This document shows positions 19,234-27,896 of a stretch of 64,000 bases of DNA, one piece after another. Each line of letters opens with the position of its first letter. The stretch's first letter is position 1. Made by a program: the position numbers and the translations under genes. The stretch is from Planctomycetota bacterium. GTDB lineage: Bacteria > Planctomycetota > PLA2. The notes under the pieces were generated by a model. That model was not told the origin of the DNA and did no database searches. It worked only from the letters and a program-made list of their open reading frames with translations. Location: NCBI GenBank assembly GCA_021776735.1, contig JAJFFH010000024.1:87744-151743 (forward strand), read 5' to 3'.

Positions 19234-20865
19234 ATGACGTATCTGCTCCTCGTCTGCCTCGCCGCTCCCAACTTCGTAAATGTGGCCGAATCCGCCGGTC
19301 TGACCGGTTTTTCCAGCGGTAGGGCCGTGTTTGTGGACCTGAACGCCGACGGCCGCCTCGACGTGGTCCTCGACCGGCAGCACTTCTTTCGCCAAGCCGA
19401 AAACGGCCGATTCGAGAAGCTGCCCCCCCTCCCCGCCCCCTCCCCCCCCGGCCTCCTCCTGTTCGCCGACTTCGACAATGACGGCGACCTCGACTGCTTC
19501 GCGGGGTACTTCACCGAGCCCGAGAATCCGAAGCGCAAGAACAACGACGGCCGGAACACGCTGTATCGCAACACCGGCGACGGCTGGGTGGCGGTGCCGC
19601 TCAAGATGCCGCGCACGTCGGTCCACGCCGCGTGCGCGTTCGACTATGACCGCGACGGCAACCTCGACCTGTTCGTGGCGTCCGGCTACGTCGTCTACGG
19701 GCGCGGGCTGGAGGCGCATCCCGACCGGCTCTACCGCGGCGATGGCAAGGGCGGCTTTGTCGATATGACCCAGCGCGTCGGACTGCTGACCGCGACTGCG
19801 CCCGGGAAAATGGCCTCCAGCAAACCGACGTACGGCGCTGCGCACGGCGATTTCGATGGCGACGGCTGGCAGGATCTCTGGGTGTGCACCTACGGACGAC
19901 AGTGGAACCATCTCTGGCGGTACGACCCCAAGCGCGCGGCATTTGCGAACGTCGGGAAAGATAGCGGGTTTCGCGGCGATGCCGTCACGCACGGCCGATA
20001 CCCGGCGTGGCTCAAGAAGTTCTGGAAGAAAAAGTACGGCAGCGAGCGGCAGGACGAGCAACCGTTTCGGGCCAACGGGAACACGTTCGACTGCGCGATC
20101 GCCGACTACGACAACGACGGCGACATGGACTGCATCCTTGCCGAGATCACGCATTTGTGGGCCGGGGACTCGAGCGACCGGACCTCGCTGCTCGTAAATC
20201 AGGGCGGGAAGTTCCAGCGGCGCGCGGACGCGTTTTCACGCCGGCACGTCATCGAACGGTGGAACCAGGGCGACATCCACGCCGGCTGGATCGACTTCGA
20301 CAACGACGGACTGCTCGATGCGCTCATCGCCAGCAGCGACTACCCCGACCGCCAGGAGCTCCGGTTGTTCCGCCAGCGGCCGGACCACACCTTCGAGGCG
20401 CCGCGGACGTTCTCGTGGGAGGGCGCGGGCCAGATCAGCGTCGGCGACTATGACAACGACGGCGACCAGGACATTCTCTGCGGGCGCAGCCTGAACCGCC
20501 TGCCAAAGGACCGGCGCAAAGAACTCGGAAAATCGTGCGCGCTGTTTCGCAACGAGGTCGGCAACAAGAACCACTGGCTCCAGGTGGTTTGCACCGGAAA
20601 GAGCGGGAAAGGCGGAAAGGGCGCAAATCGCGACGGCATCGGCTGCCGCATCCGAGTGACGACCGCGGACGGAGTCACCCAGACCCGTGAGATTCGCGGC
20701 GGCCTCGGTCATGCCGGGCACAACGGCCCGTACGTCGCCCATTTCGGGCTGGGAGCGCACAAGACGGCGGCGCGCGTCGAAGTCGTCTGGCCGGACGCAG
20801 CCGGCAGCCGCCGGGTACTCAAGGACCAATCCGCGAACCGCCGCCTGCAGATCGAACAGCGATAG
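19234..20865 (+). CDS. FG-GAP/VCBS-repeat protein with C-terminal ASPIC/UnbV domain (CRTAC1-like)
   Basis: Repeated Ca-binding-like FDNDGDLD / DYDRDGNLD / DFDGDGWQD / DYDNDGDMD / DFDNDGLLD / DYDNDGDQD motifs. C-terminal ...GIGCRIRV...GGLGHAGHNGPYVAHFGLG is typical of the UnbV/ASPIC domain. Confidence 0.85.
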   Translation: MTYLLLVCLAAPNFVNVAESAGLTGFSSGRAVFVDLNADGRLDVVLDRQHFFRQAENGRFEKLPPLPAPSPPGLLLFADFDNDGDLDCFAGYFTEPENPKRKNNDGRNTLYRNTGDGWVAVPLKMPRTSVHAACAFDYDRDGNLDLFVASGYVVYGRGLEAHPDRLYRGDGKGGFVDMTQRVGLLTATAPGKMASSKPTYGAAHGDFDGDGWQDLWVCTYGRQWNHLWRYDPKRAAFANVGKDSGFRGDAVTHGRYPAWLKKFWKKKYGSERQDEQPFRANGNTFDCAIADYDNDGDMDCILAEITHLWAGDSSDRTSLLVNQGGKFQRRADAFSRRHVIERWNQGDIHAGWIDFDNDGLLDALIASSDYPDRQELRLFRQRPDHTFEAPRTFSWEGAGQISVGDYDNDGDQDILCGRSLNRLPKDRRKELGKSCALFRNEVGNKNHWLQVVCTGKSGKGGKGANRDGIGCRIRVTTADGVTQTREIRGGLGHAGHNGPYVAHFGLGAHKTAARVEVVWPDAAGSRRVLKDQSANRRLQIEQR

Positions 20866-20928
20866 CGCCCGCGGGACCGAATCGGTAGACTCCCGCCTTC
20901 GGCACGGACACCTAAGCGGAGGATTCCG

Positions 20929-22446
20929 ATGGAGCAAGGTCGCGAACGCTGGGCCAGCCGGCCCGCGTTCATCATGGCAGCGGTCGGCAGCGCGATCGGT
21001 CTGGGCAACGTCTGGCGTTTCCCGGGCGTGGCGTTCGCCAACGGCGGCGGGGCATTCTTCGTCCCCTACTTCATCGCCCTGCTGACGGCCGGCATTCCGC
21101 TGATGATCGTGGAGTACGGCCTCGGCACCCGCTACCAGGGGTCGGCGGCGAAGTCTTACCGAAAGCTTGGTGCGAAGTACGAGTGGATCGGCTGGTGGGC
21201 GGTGCTCATCGGCCTCATGATCTCGTTTTACTACTGCGTAATCCTGGCGTGGTCGTGGGAGTACTGCTGGGAGTGCGCCAAGGGCATCTTCAGCGGCGAA
21301 TTGCCGTGGGACAAGGGCAAGGCGGGCGACTACTTCGACAAAGAGATTGTCCAGAACACCGGCGCAGACAACCTAGGCAGCTTTAACATCGCGGCCGCAC
21401 TCGGCCTCGCGGCCACGTGGATCGTGGTCTATCTGTCCATCGCCAAGGGTGTCCTGCGCGTGGGCAAGGTCGTCATGATCACGGTGCCGCTGCCGCTGAT
21501 TATCCTGGTTCTGCTCGCCGTACGCGGCCTGTCGCTTCCAGGTGCGATGGACGGACTCGCCTACTACCTGGCACCCGACTGGGCCAAGCTGGCGGAGTTC
21601 GACACATGGGTCGCAGCCTACGGCCAGGTGTTTTTCTCCCTATCGGTCGGCTGGGGCATCCTGATCGCATACGCGTCCTACATGCCCAAAGACTCCGACG
21701 TGGTGAACAACGCCTATCTCACGTCGTTCGCCAACTGCGGCTTTTCGTTTCTCGCCGGCTTCGCCGTGTTCAGCACCCTGGGCTACCTCGGTTTTGCGCT
21801 GAATCAGCCCATCGCGGATCTCAAGACGACCAGTTTCGGACTGGCGTTCACGAGCTACCCCACGGCGGTCGAAAACTTCCCGGGCACCGGTAGTTTCCAG
21901 GCGTTACTCGGTCTGCTATTTTTCCTGATGCTCCTGACCCTGGGCGTCGATTCGGCGTTTTCGATCGTCGAAGCGATGGCCACGGCGATGTACGACAAAT
22001 TCCGGATGAACCGCCAGCGGCTGACGCAGATGCTCTGCGGCGGTGGCTTCCTGATGGGGCTCATCTACTGCTTCGGAACCGGGTTGTCTTGGCTTGACAT
22101 CACGGACAAATACCTGACCGACTATGGGTTAACCATGGTCGCCCTGACCCAGTGCCTCCTCGTGGGCTGGGTGATTTCGAAGTCCCGCTTCAAGGAGTTG
22201 CAGGACGAGATCAACAAACGCTCCGAGTTCCGCGTCGGCGCGTTCTGGAAATGGTCGCTCAAGGCGATCACACCGCTCGTGCTGATCGTCACCCTCTGGC
22301 TCGCTTCGAAGAAACTCATCGCCGAGGGCTACGGGGGCTATCCCACGGACAAGCTGATCATCTTCGGGGTCGCGCCCGCCGCAATCGTCTTGGTGCTGTC
22401 GTTTGTCTTGATGAACATGAAGGGAGCCGGCGATGATGAAGACTAG
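20929..22446 (+). CDS. neurotransmitter:sodium symporter (NSS/SNF, SLC6-like) family transporter
   Basis: N-terminal signature RERWASRPAFIMAAVGSAIGLGNVWRFPGVAFANGGGAFFVPYFIALLTAGIPLMIVEYGLG and about 11-12 TM segments. Confidence 0.9.
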   Translation: MEQGRERWASRPAFIMAAVGSAIGLGNVWRFPGVAFANGGGAFFVPYFIALLTAGIPLMIVEYGLGTRYQGSAAKSYRKLGAKYEWIGWWAVLIGLMISFYYCVILAWSWEYCWECAKGIFSGELPWDKGKAGDYFDKEIVQNTGADNLGSFNIAAALGLAATWIVVYLSIAKGVLRVGKVVMITVPLPLIILVLLAVRGLSLPGAMDGLAYYLAPDWAKLAEFDTWVAAYGQVFFSLSVGWGILIAYASYMPKDSDVVNNAYLTSFANCGFSFLAGFAVFSTLGYLGFALNQPIADLKTTSFGLAFTSYPTAVENFPGTGSFQALLGLLFFLMLLTLGVDSAFSIVEAMATAMYDKFRMNRQRLTQMLCGGGFLMGLIYCFGTGLSWLDITDKYLTDYGLTMVALTQCLLVGWVISKSRFKELQDEINKRSEFRVGAFWKWSLKAITPLVLIVTLWLASKKLIAEGYGGYPTDKLIIFGVAPAAIVLVLSFVLMNMKGAGDDED

Positions 22447-22894
22447 AATCGTGTTGCTCGCTCTTCTGGCCGCGGCGCCCCTGTGGGCGGAAGAAAAGAA
22501 AGACGCGCTGGCGATCGTCGGCGACCTCAAGGCGGTCATTGAGGCAGACAAGCCGTGGAAGGAGCGCTGGACGGCCTACCGCAACGCCAAGGACGCCGTG
22601 GACGCAGCCGAAGTCGAGTTCCTTAGGAAACTCTCTGCCGACCAAAAAAAGACACTGAAGAATCAGCTTGAGCAGATCAAGAAAGACCGCGGGCCGGAGC
22701 ACGGTGACTACGGTTCCCCGGCGGGCAAAGCGTACGAGGCAATTCGCAAGGACGTCGCGGACTCAATCCGTCGCGATGCGCTTCCCCCCAGCGGCTGGAT
22801 CATGGCACTGGTCGGCATCGTCTTGCTCTGGGGTGGGTTCGCATTCTGTGTGGGCCGCGCGGTGCGGACGGGCAAGGATGCCGCAAAGGGCTGA
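22433..22894 (+). CDS. small secreted/membrane protein translationally coupled to the NSS transporter
   Basis: 153 aa with signal peptide MMKTRIVLLALLAAAPLWA and a C-terminal TM. Start overlaps the transporter 3-prime end by 14 bp. Small accessory subunits are known next to some bacterial NSS genes. Confidence 0.5.
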   Translation: MMKTRIVLLALLAAAPLWAEEKKDALAIVGDLKAVIEADKPWKERWTAYRNAKDAVDAAEVEFLRKLSADQKKTLKNQLEQIKKDRGPEHGDYGSPAGKAYEAIRKDVADSIRRDALPPSGWIMALVGIVLLWGGFAFCVGRAVRTGKDAAKG

Positions 22895-23000
22895 CGTCCA
22901 CTTTCCGGGACAATCCGGGGCGCCACACAGCCTTGCGGGGTCGCTATGATGGCCCCGCTCGACAAGCGCGCGTGGCACGGGGTTTGACCATGCCCGGGCG

Positions 23001-24086
23001 ATGACGAGTTCTGTCGCCGTGCCGCCCCCCGCCGATACCGCCCAGCCGGACTGCGAGTTCCGGCGCCTTGACCCCACGGATCCGGCGTGGCAGGCCTTGC
23101 TCACAACCCACCCCCTCGCGGAGTCGGTGCGGCCGATGTGGGAAGAGGTCGCCGGGTGGGAAGCGATTCGGATCGGGAAGTTCACGGACGGCGATGTCCA
23201 GGCCGGAATCCAGTTCCACACCCGCGGCCTCCCCGGCCTGCCGTGGCGCCTCGCACGCATCACACAACTCCTGCCCACACCGATCGCGGACCGATCGCAG
23301 GCCTGCACGGCAGCGCTCCTGGCCGAAGCCGAACGCGTTGCGTGGGAACGCCGGGTCGTGGAAATCGAGTTCCGGGCGCACATCCCGGTGCCCGACATGA
23401 TCGACGCCCACGGGTTCCACTCGGGCATCGGCAAAGGGCTCGACCAGGCCGGTTACACGCAGGTTCCGGAGTTCAACGGCACCTACTTCGTCGATATTGA
23501 CCGCAGCGACGAGGAGCTCCTCCTCTCGTTCAAGAAAACCACGCGCAGCGAGGTCCGCCGCCCGAAGAAGAAGGGTTGCCGAATCGAAAGGGGCGACGAA
23601 TCCCTGCTTGAAACCCTGTTCGACGGGTACGCCGCTATGGGCGCGCGCAAGGGTCTCGGCGAAACAACGTTGCCGCGCCCGTTCGTGGTGGATCACATGA
23701 AACCGCTGGTACAGGCGGGCCATGTGCACCTGTACTACGCTGCGTACGGCGACGACATCAGCGACATCGCCCTGATCGATGCCCTCGGCACACCGATCAA
23801 CATGCAGTCGGTACGCCTGACCGCCAGCCTGTCGAACAAGTACCCGTCAGCCGCGCGCCGCCTCCACTACGTCATCATGACGATGCTCCGCGACGAGGGC
23901 AAAAAGCTGTACGACCTCGGCGGCAGCCCGGCGCCGGTCCCGATCCCCGGCCATCCGAACTACGGCGTCTGGCAGCACAAGTACCACTACAAGGGCACCT
24001 ACGTCCCGTACATCCCCCGCTTTCGCAAGGCACGAAGCCGCTTCGGTGCCAACCTCGCCCGAACCGTCCGCTTCGTCCGCGACTGA
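23001..24086 (+). CDS. FemAB-family (GNAT-fold aminoacyl-transferase-like) protein, copy 1
   Basis: 361 aa with the FemAB-like C-terminal half (...LHYVIMTMLRDEGKKLYDLGG...). Proteins of this kind are described next to exosortase/PEP-CTERM polysaccharide loci. Contains an in-frame copy of the dispersed 12-mer (FTDGDVQ). Confidence 0.65.
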   Translation: MTSSVAVPPPADTAQPDCEFRRLDPTDPAWQALLTTHPLAESVRPMWEEVAGWEAIRIGKFTDGDVQAGIQFHTRGLPGLPWRLARITQLLPTPIADRSQACTAALLAEAERVAWERRVVEIEFRAHIPVPDMIDAHGFHSGIGKGLDQAGYTQVPEFNGTYFVDIDRSDEELLLSFKKTTRSEVRRPKKKGCRIERGDESLLETLFDGYAAMGARKGLGETTLPRPFVVDHMKPLVQAGHVHLYYAAYGDDISDIALIDALGTPINMQSVRLTASLSNKYPSAARRLHYVIMTMLRDEGKKLYDLGGSPAPVPIPGHPNYGVWQHKYHYKGTYVPYIPRFRKARSRFGANLARTVRFVRD

Positions 24087-24140
24087 CGAGCCCGTCCGAC
24101 CGACAGCCCGAGGCTCATCGCGCAGGAATCCCGAGAAAGC

Positions 24141-24381
24141 CCACGGACGGCGATGTGTGCCCGAACCGCACATCCGCGCGGCAGGATTGCCTGGCACCAA
24201 TCAGGCTCGCAGTGCGGCAGGATTACATGGCACCGTCCCGGCTGACAGTGCAGCACGATTACGTGGCACCAATCAAGGCCGGGTGGTCGGCGTGCGTAAC
24301 CGATTGTCGCTAAACGGCTTGCGACGAATTCGCGCCGCTGCGGGCGGCGTCCCCGGGACATCGCCGTCCGTTTGCTTGCTG
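24141..24381 (+). repeat. composite intergenic repeat element A: inverted copies of the dispersed motif (24143-24154 and 24360-24371) flanking three 36-bp direct repeats (24178-24285) that each contain TGGCACC
   Basis: Repeat units GCGGCAGGATTGCCTGGCACCAATCAGGCTCGCAGT / GCGGCAGGATTACATGGCACCGTCCCGGCTGACAGT / GCAGCACGATTACGTGGCACCAATCAAGGCCGGGTG. TGGCAC at 24192, 24228 and 24264, exactly 36 bp apart. Confidence 0.75.
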
Positions 24382-24445
24382 CAGGATCCGCCGAGCCAAT
24401 GCCGCGGGCTAAGGCGTGCGCGGTGCTAGAACCGATGGAAGATTC

Positions 24446-26404
24446 GTGTGCGGCATAGCGGGATGGTTCCAACAAGACGGTGCGCCCGTCGACCCCTCGG
24501 TGCTGCGGGCGATGGGCGATGTCATCGAGCATCGCGGCCCCGATGAGGAGGGTTTTTTTCTCAGTCGATCGGAGCCGCCGCCGGAGTGGCCGGCCGGGGT
24601 GCCGCTACGCTGCGCTGGACCAGGCGTGGGCGAAGTGGGCTTTGCCCATCGCCGGCTGTCCATCATCGACCTCAAAACCGGGCAACAGCCGCTCTGCAAC
24701 GAGGACGGCACGGTCTGGATCGCCTTCAACGGCGAGGTCTACAACTTTGCCGGACTCAAGACCGAGTTGGAGGCCAAGGGCCACCGCTTCCGCACGAACT
24801 CCGACACCGAAACCATCGTCCACGGGTGGGAAGAGTGGGGTGAGGGCGTCGCCGAACGGCTCCGCGGCATGTTCGCGCTGGCGGTCTGGGATGCGAAGAA
24901 GCGTTCGCTCTACCTGGCTCGCGATCGCCTCGGGAAAAAGCCGCTGTACTACCTGCACGACGGCAAGCGCTTCCTGTTCGGCTCCGAAATCAAGTCGATC
25001 CTCGAGGTGCCCGGCGTGTCGCGCGACATCGATCCCATCGCGCTGTCGGACTACCTGTCCTTGCTCTACGTCCCGGCGCCGCGCTCGATCTTTCGCGCGG
25101 TCTCAAAGCTCCCGGCCGGCCATCACGCGATCGTGACGCCGGACCGGATGACGGTGAAGCCCTATTGGGACCTGTCGTTCGAGCCCGTGGACGAGGCGCC
25201 GCAGAGCGAACAAGAGGGGCGGCTGCTGGAGATCCTCGGCGACGCGACGGACATGCGCATGATGTCCGAGGTTCCGCTGGGCGCGTTCTTGTCCGGCGGC
25301 GTCGATTCCTCCGGCATCGTCGCGCTCATGGCCGGCCTGTCCGACCAGCCGGTGAAGACCGCGTCCATCTCGTTTAGCGAGAAGGCCTACGACGAGTCGC
25401 CGCACGCCCAAAGAGTCGCGGAGTTGTTCGGCACCGAGCACCACGTCATGCGGGTGACGCCGGACGCGGTCTCTGTCGTCGAGAAGCTGGCCTGGCACTA
25501 CGACGAGCCATTCGCGGACTCGTCCGCGGTCCCGACGTACTACGTCTCGAAGATCGCCCGCGAAAAGGTCACTGTCGCCCTTTCCGGCGACGGCGGCGAC
25601 GAGAATTTCGCTGGCTATCGCCGCTACGCGATCGACGCGCTCGAGCACCGCATCCGCGGCATGATGCCGCGCGGCCTCCTCGCGCTGGCGGGCCGGCTGT
25701 ACCCGAAGGCGGACTGGCTACCGCAGCCGCTACGCGCCAAGACCGTGCTCTCGAACGCCGCGCGCGACCCCGCGGCAGCGTATTGCCACACGATGTCGTT
25801 CCTGCACGAGGCCGACAAGCGTCGCCTGCTCGCCCCGGGCATGCTCGCCGCCCTCGACGGACACGAAACAGTGGAACTCTTTCGCCGCCACTACGACGCC
25901 GCGCGCGCGAACGACCATCTCTCGCGCCTGCAGTACCTGGACATCAAGACCTACCTCTGCGACGACATCCTGGTCAAGGTGGACCGGGCAAGCATGGCGA
26001 ACAGCCTGGAAGTACGCTGCCCGATTCTCGACCACGTCTTCATGGAGTACGCCGCGACGATCCCCAAGGACCGCAAGCTCAAGGGCAAGGACGGCAAGCA
26101 CATCCTCAAGAAGGCGTTCGGCCGGTTGCTTCCGGAAGACATCCTCTACCGCAAGAAGATGGGCTTCCGCGTCCCGATCAAGGAGTGGCTGCGAACCGAC
26201 CTCAAGGACTTCGCCCACGACCTGATCGTGAACGGCGCGGGCACCCAGACCTACCTCCAGGCCAACGAGGTCAGCCGCCTGTGGAACCAGCACCAGGGCG
26301 GCATGCGCGACCGCGCCACGGAGCTCTGGACACTCCTGATGTTCAACCTGTGGCACAAGACCTTCGTAGAACGCGGCTCCCCGATCGCCACGACCTCGGC
26401 CTGA
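24446..26404 (+). CDS. asnB: asparagine synthase (glutamine-hydrolysing)-family amidotransferase
   Basis: Start GTG 24446 gives M-CGIAG (Cys2 nucleophile). N-terminal Ntn glutaminase domain and C-terminal PP-loop SGGVDSS. The ORF tool's upstream start at 24416 is also GTG. Confidence 0.9.
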   Translation: MCGIAGWFQQDGAPVDPSVLRAMGDVIEHRGPDEEGFFLSRSEPPPEWPAGVPLRCAGPGVGEVGFAHRRLSIIDLKTGQQPLCNEDGTVWIAFNGEVYNFAGLKTELEAKGHRFRTNSDTETIVHGWEEWGEGVAERLRGMFALAVWDAKKRSLYLARDRLGKKPLYYLHDGKRFLFGSEIKSILEVPGVSRDIDPIALSDYLSLLYVPAPRSIFRAVSKLPAGHHAIVTPDRMTVKPYWDLSFEPVDEAPQSEQEGRLLEILGDATDMRMMSEVPLGAFLSGGVDSSGIVALMAGLSDQPVKTASISFSEKAYDESPHAQRVAELFGTEHHVMRVTPDAVSVVEKLAWHYDEPFADSSAVPTYYVSKIAREKVTVALSGDGGDENFAGYRRYAIDALEHRIRGMMPRGLLALAGRLYPKADWLPQPLRAKTVLSNAARDPAAAYCHTMSFLHEADKRRLLAPGMLAALDGHETVELFRRHYDAARANDHLSRLQYLDIKTYLCDDILVKVDRASMANSLEVRCPILDHVFMEYAATIPKDRKLKGKDGKHILKKAFGRLLPEDILYRKKMGFRVPIKEWLRTDLKDFAHDLIVNGAGTQTYLQANEVSRLWNQHQGGMRDRATELWTLLMFNLWHKTFVERGSPIATTSA

Positions 26405-26435
26405 TTCGAGCCGGAATCCACTCCGGGGCGGAAGC

Positions 26436-26650
26436 AGACGGACGGCGATGCCTCCGGCTCCGGGGTCAGTCGAACGCGTCCGTCGGCGTCGAGGCCGCCG
26501 AGTACGGGTGCCAGGTAATCCTGCTGCCATCACCGGCCGGCAACAGCAGGATCCCCTGGCACCGTACCGGCAGCACGGCAGCAGGATCCCCTGGCACCGT
26601 ACCTCTGGCACCGTACCTCGTGGCACCGTACCTCGCCGTCCGTACGCTCC
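26436..26650 (+). repeat. composite intergenic repeat element B: inverted copies of the dispersed motif (26438-26449 and variant 26633-26644) flanking an imperfect inverted repeat (26506-26528 / 26546-26568) and a 15-bp x3 tandem array of TGGCACCGTACCTC(G)
   Basis: GGGTGCCAGGTAATCCTGCTGCC ... CAGCAGGATCCCCTGGCACCGTACC. TGGCAC at 26557, 26592, 26606 and 26621. The unit GCAGCAGGATNNCCTGGCACC is shared with element A. Confidence 0.75.
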
Positions 26651-26780
26651 GGTTCTCGAGCGCCCGCCGCGGGCCGAAGGCCCGTCGGTGCGCCTGCCAA
26701 AAAAAGGCGAGCAGCGGCTTTTTGGCCCGGAGTTCGCGCTACCCCACGCAACAGGCCGATTCTGTTCATAGAATCCGACA

Positions 26781-27887
26781 TTGCGGACACCTACGTTGCT
26801 GACCCCCACCATTTCCACGATTTCGAGTAGCTCGACCGTGACAATCGCGACCCCCTCCCTCGTGCGTGCGTTCCGAACATCGGACGCTCCCGCATGGGAC
26901 GAGTATGTGACGCGACATCCGCGGGCCACGTTTTTTCACCAGACCGGCTGGAAGCGCGTGCTCGAGCGGGCGTTCCCGCACGCTGCGTACTACCTCGTGG
27001 CCGAGCGCGCCGGCGCGATCTGCGGGGTGCTGCCGATGTTCTTGTGCCGCGGACTTCGAGGCCGGCTCGGCCTCTACTCGCTGCCGCACACTGTCTTCGG
27101 CGGTCCGCTCGGCGACGACCGCGCCGTGGAGGAATCGCTGCTTGCCGCCGCCCACAACCTGGGCTCCTCGCTCGGCGCACGCGTCCTGGAACTGCGCAAC
27201 CGCTACGAGAACCTGCTCGACCTGCCCGTCCACGAGGGCAACGTCACCTTCGAAAAGGAGCTGCCGGCCACGGTGGACGAGGTCAGGGGCACGTTCCCCA
27301 AGAACGCACGCGCGGCGATCAATCAGGCAGTGAAACGCAACGGGCTCTCCGCCGCGTTCACGCAGGAGCTCGACGTCTTCTACGAAATCCTGGGACAGAC
27401 TTACCACCGGCTCGGATCGCCCCTCTTTCCGCGCGAGTTCTTCGCCGCGATGCGCGACGAGTTCCCGGACGACGCGTTGATCCACGTCGTTCGCCAAGGC
27501 GACACGCCCGTCGCCGCCGCGCTCTGCCTGTGCTGGCGCGGCATCATCAGTCCGGTGTACAGCGGCCAGGCGCCCGGCGCACAACGGCTCAATGCCGACA
27601 ACTTCAAGTACTTCGACATCATGCGCGAGGCCGTCGCCCGCGGCATGACGCACTTCGACCTCGGCAAGACCCGCACGTCCAACACCGGCGGGATGAGGTT
27701 CAAGAAGCACCAGGGCTTTGTCCCGACGGCCCTGCCGTACCAGACCGTCGAGCTCGTGCCCGGCGCGGGCGACGACGGCTCCGATCCGACCAGCGGCTTC
27801 TTCATGAAAGCGCGGCGCATCTGGAGTCGCATGCCGGCCGGCGTGGCCGGTGTTCTCGGTCGGCGTCTGATCCGCTTTTTTCCGTAG
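26781..27887 (+). CDS. FemAB-family protein, copy 2
   Basis: 368 aa, paralogous in architecture to 23001..24086 (HQTGWKRVLERAF..., ...YFDIMREAVARGMTHFDLGKT...). Confidence 0.65.
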   Translation: MRTPTLLTPTISTISSSSTVTIATPSLVRAFRTSDAPAWDEYVTRHPRATFFHQTGWKRVLERAFPHAAYYLVAERAGAICGVLPMFLCRGLRGRLGLYSLPHTVFGGPLGDDRAVEESLLAAAHNLGSSLGARVLELRNRYENLLDLPVHEGNVTFEKELPATVDEVRGTFPKNARAAINQAVKRNGLSAAFTQELDVFYEILGQTYHRLGSPLFPREFFAAMRDEFPDDALIHVVRQGDTPVAAALCLCWRGIISPVYSGQAPGAQRLNADNFKYFDIMREAVARGMTHFDLGKTRTSNTGGMRFKKHQGFVPTALPYQTVELVPGAGDDGSDPTSGFFMKARRIWSRMPAGVAGVLGRRLIRFFP

Positions 27888-27896
27888 TCCCGTCCC

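Noticed and set aside
19421-19455. Homopolymeric C7/C5/C8 tracts inside the FG-GAP gene (and G or C runs of 6-8 at 4071, 17750, 47926, 55830 and 63487) as phase-variation switches
   Set aside because: At about 35% G and 35% C, runs of 8 are expected by chance several times per 64 kb. The observed number is not elevated, so composition alone explains them. Only the rfbB tract was kept as a low-interest finding, because of its protein-level consequence.
24192-26626. Calling the TGGCAC repeats bona fide sigma-54 promoters
   Set aside because: The -12 box is AGGC/CGGC rather than TTGC(A/T). Several copies are tandem at 14-15-bp spacing, which is incompatible with independent promoters, and they lie 170-250 bp upstream of the start codons. 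Retained only as a hypothesis in the findings.
25730-26929. 399-aa minus-strand ORF across the asnB 3-prime end and element B
   Set aside because: Antisense to asnB and runs through the tandem repeat array. No protein features.
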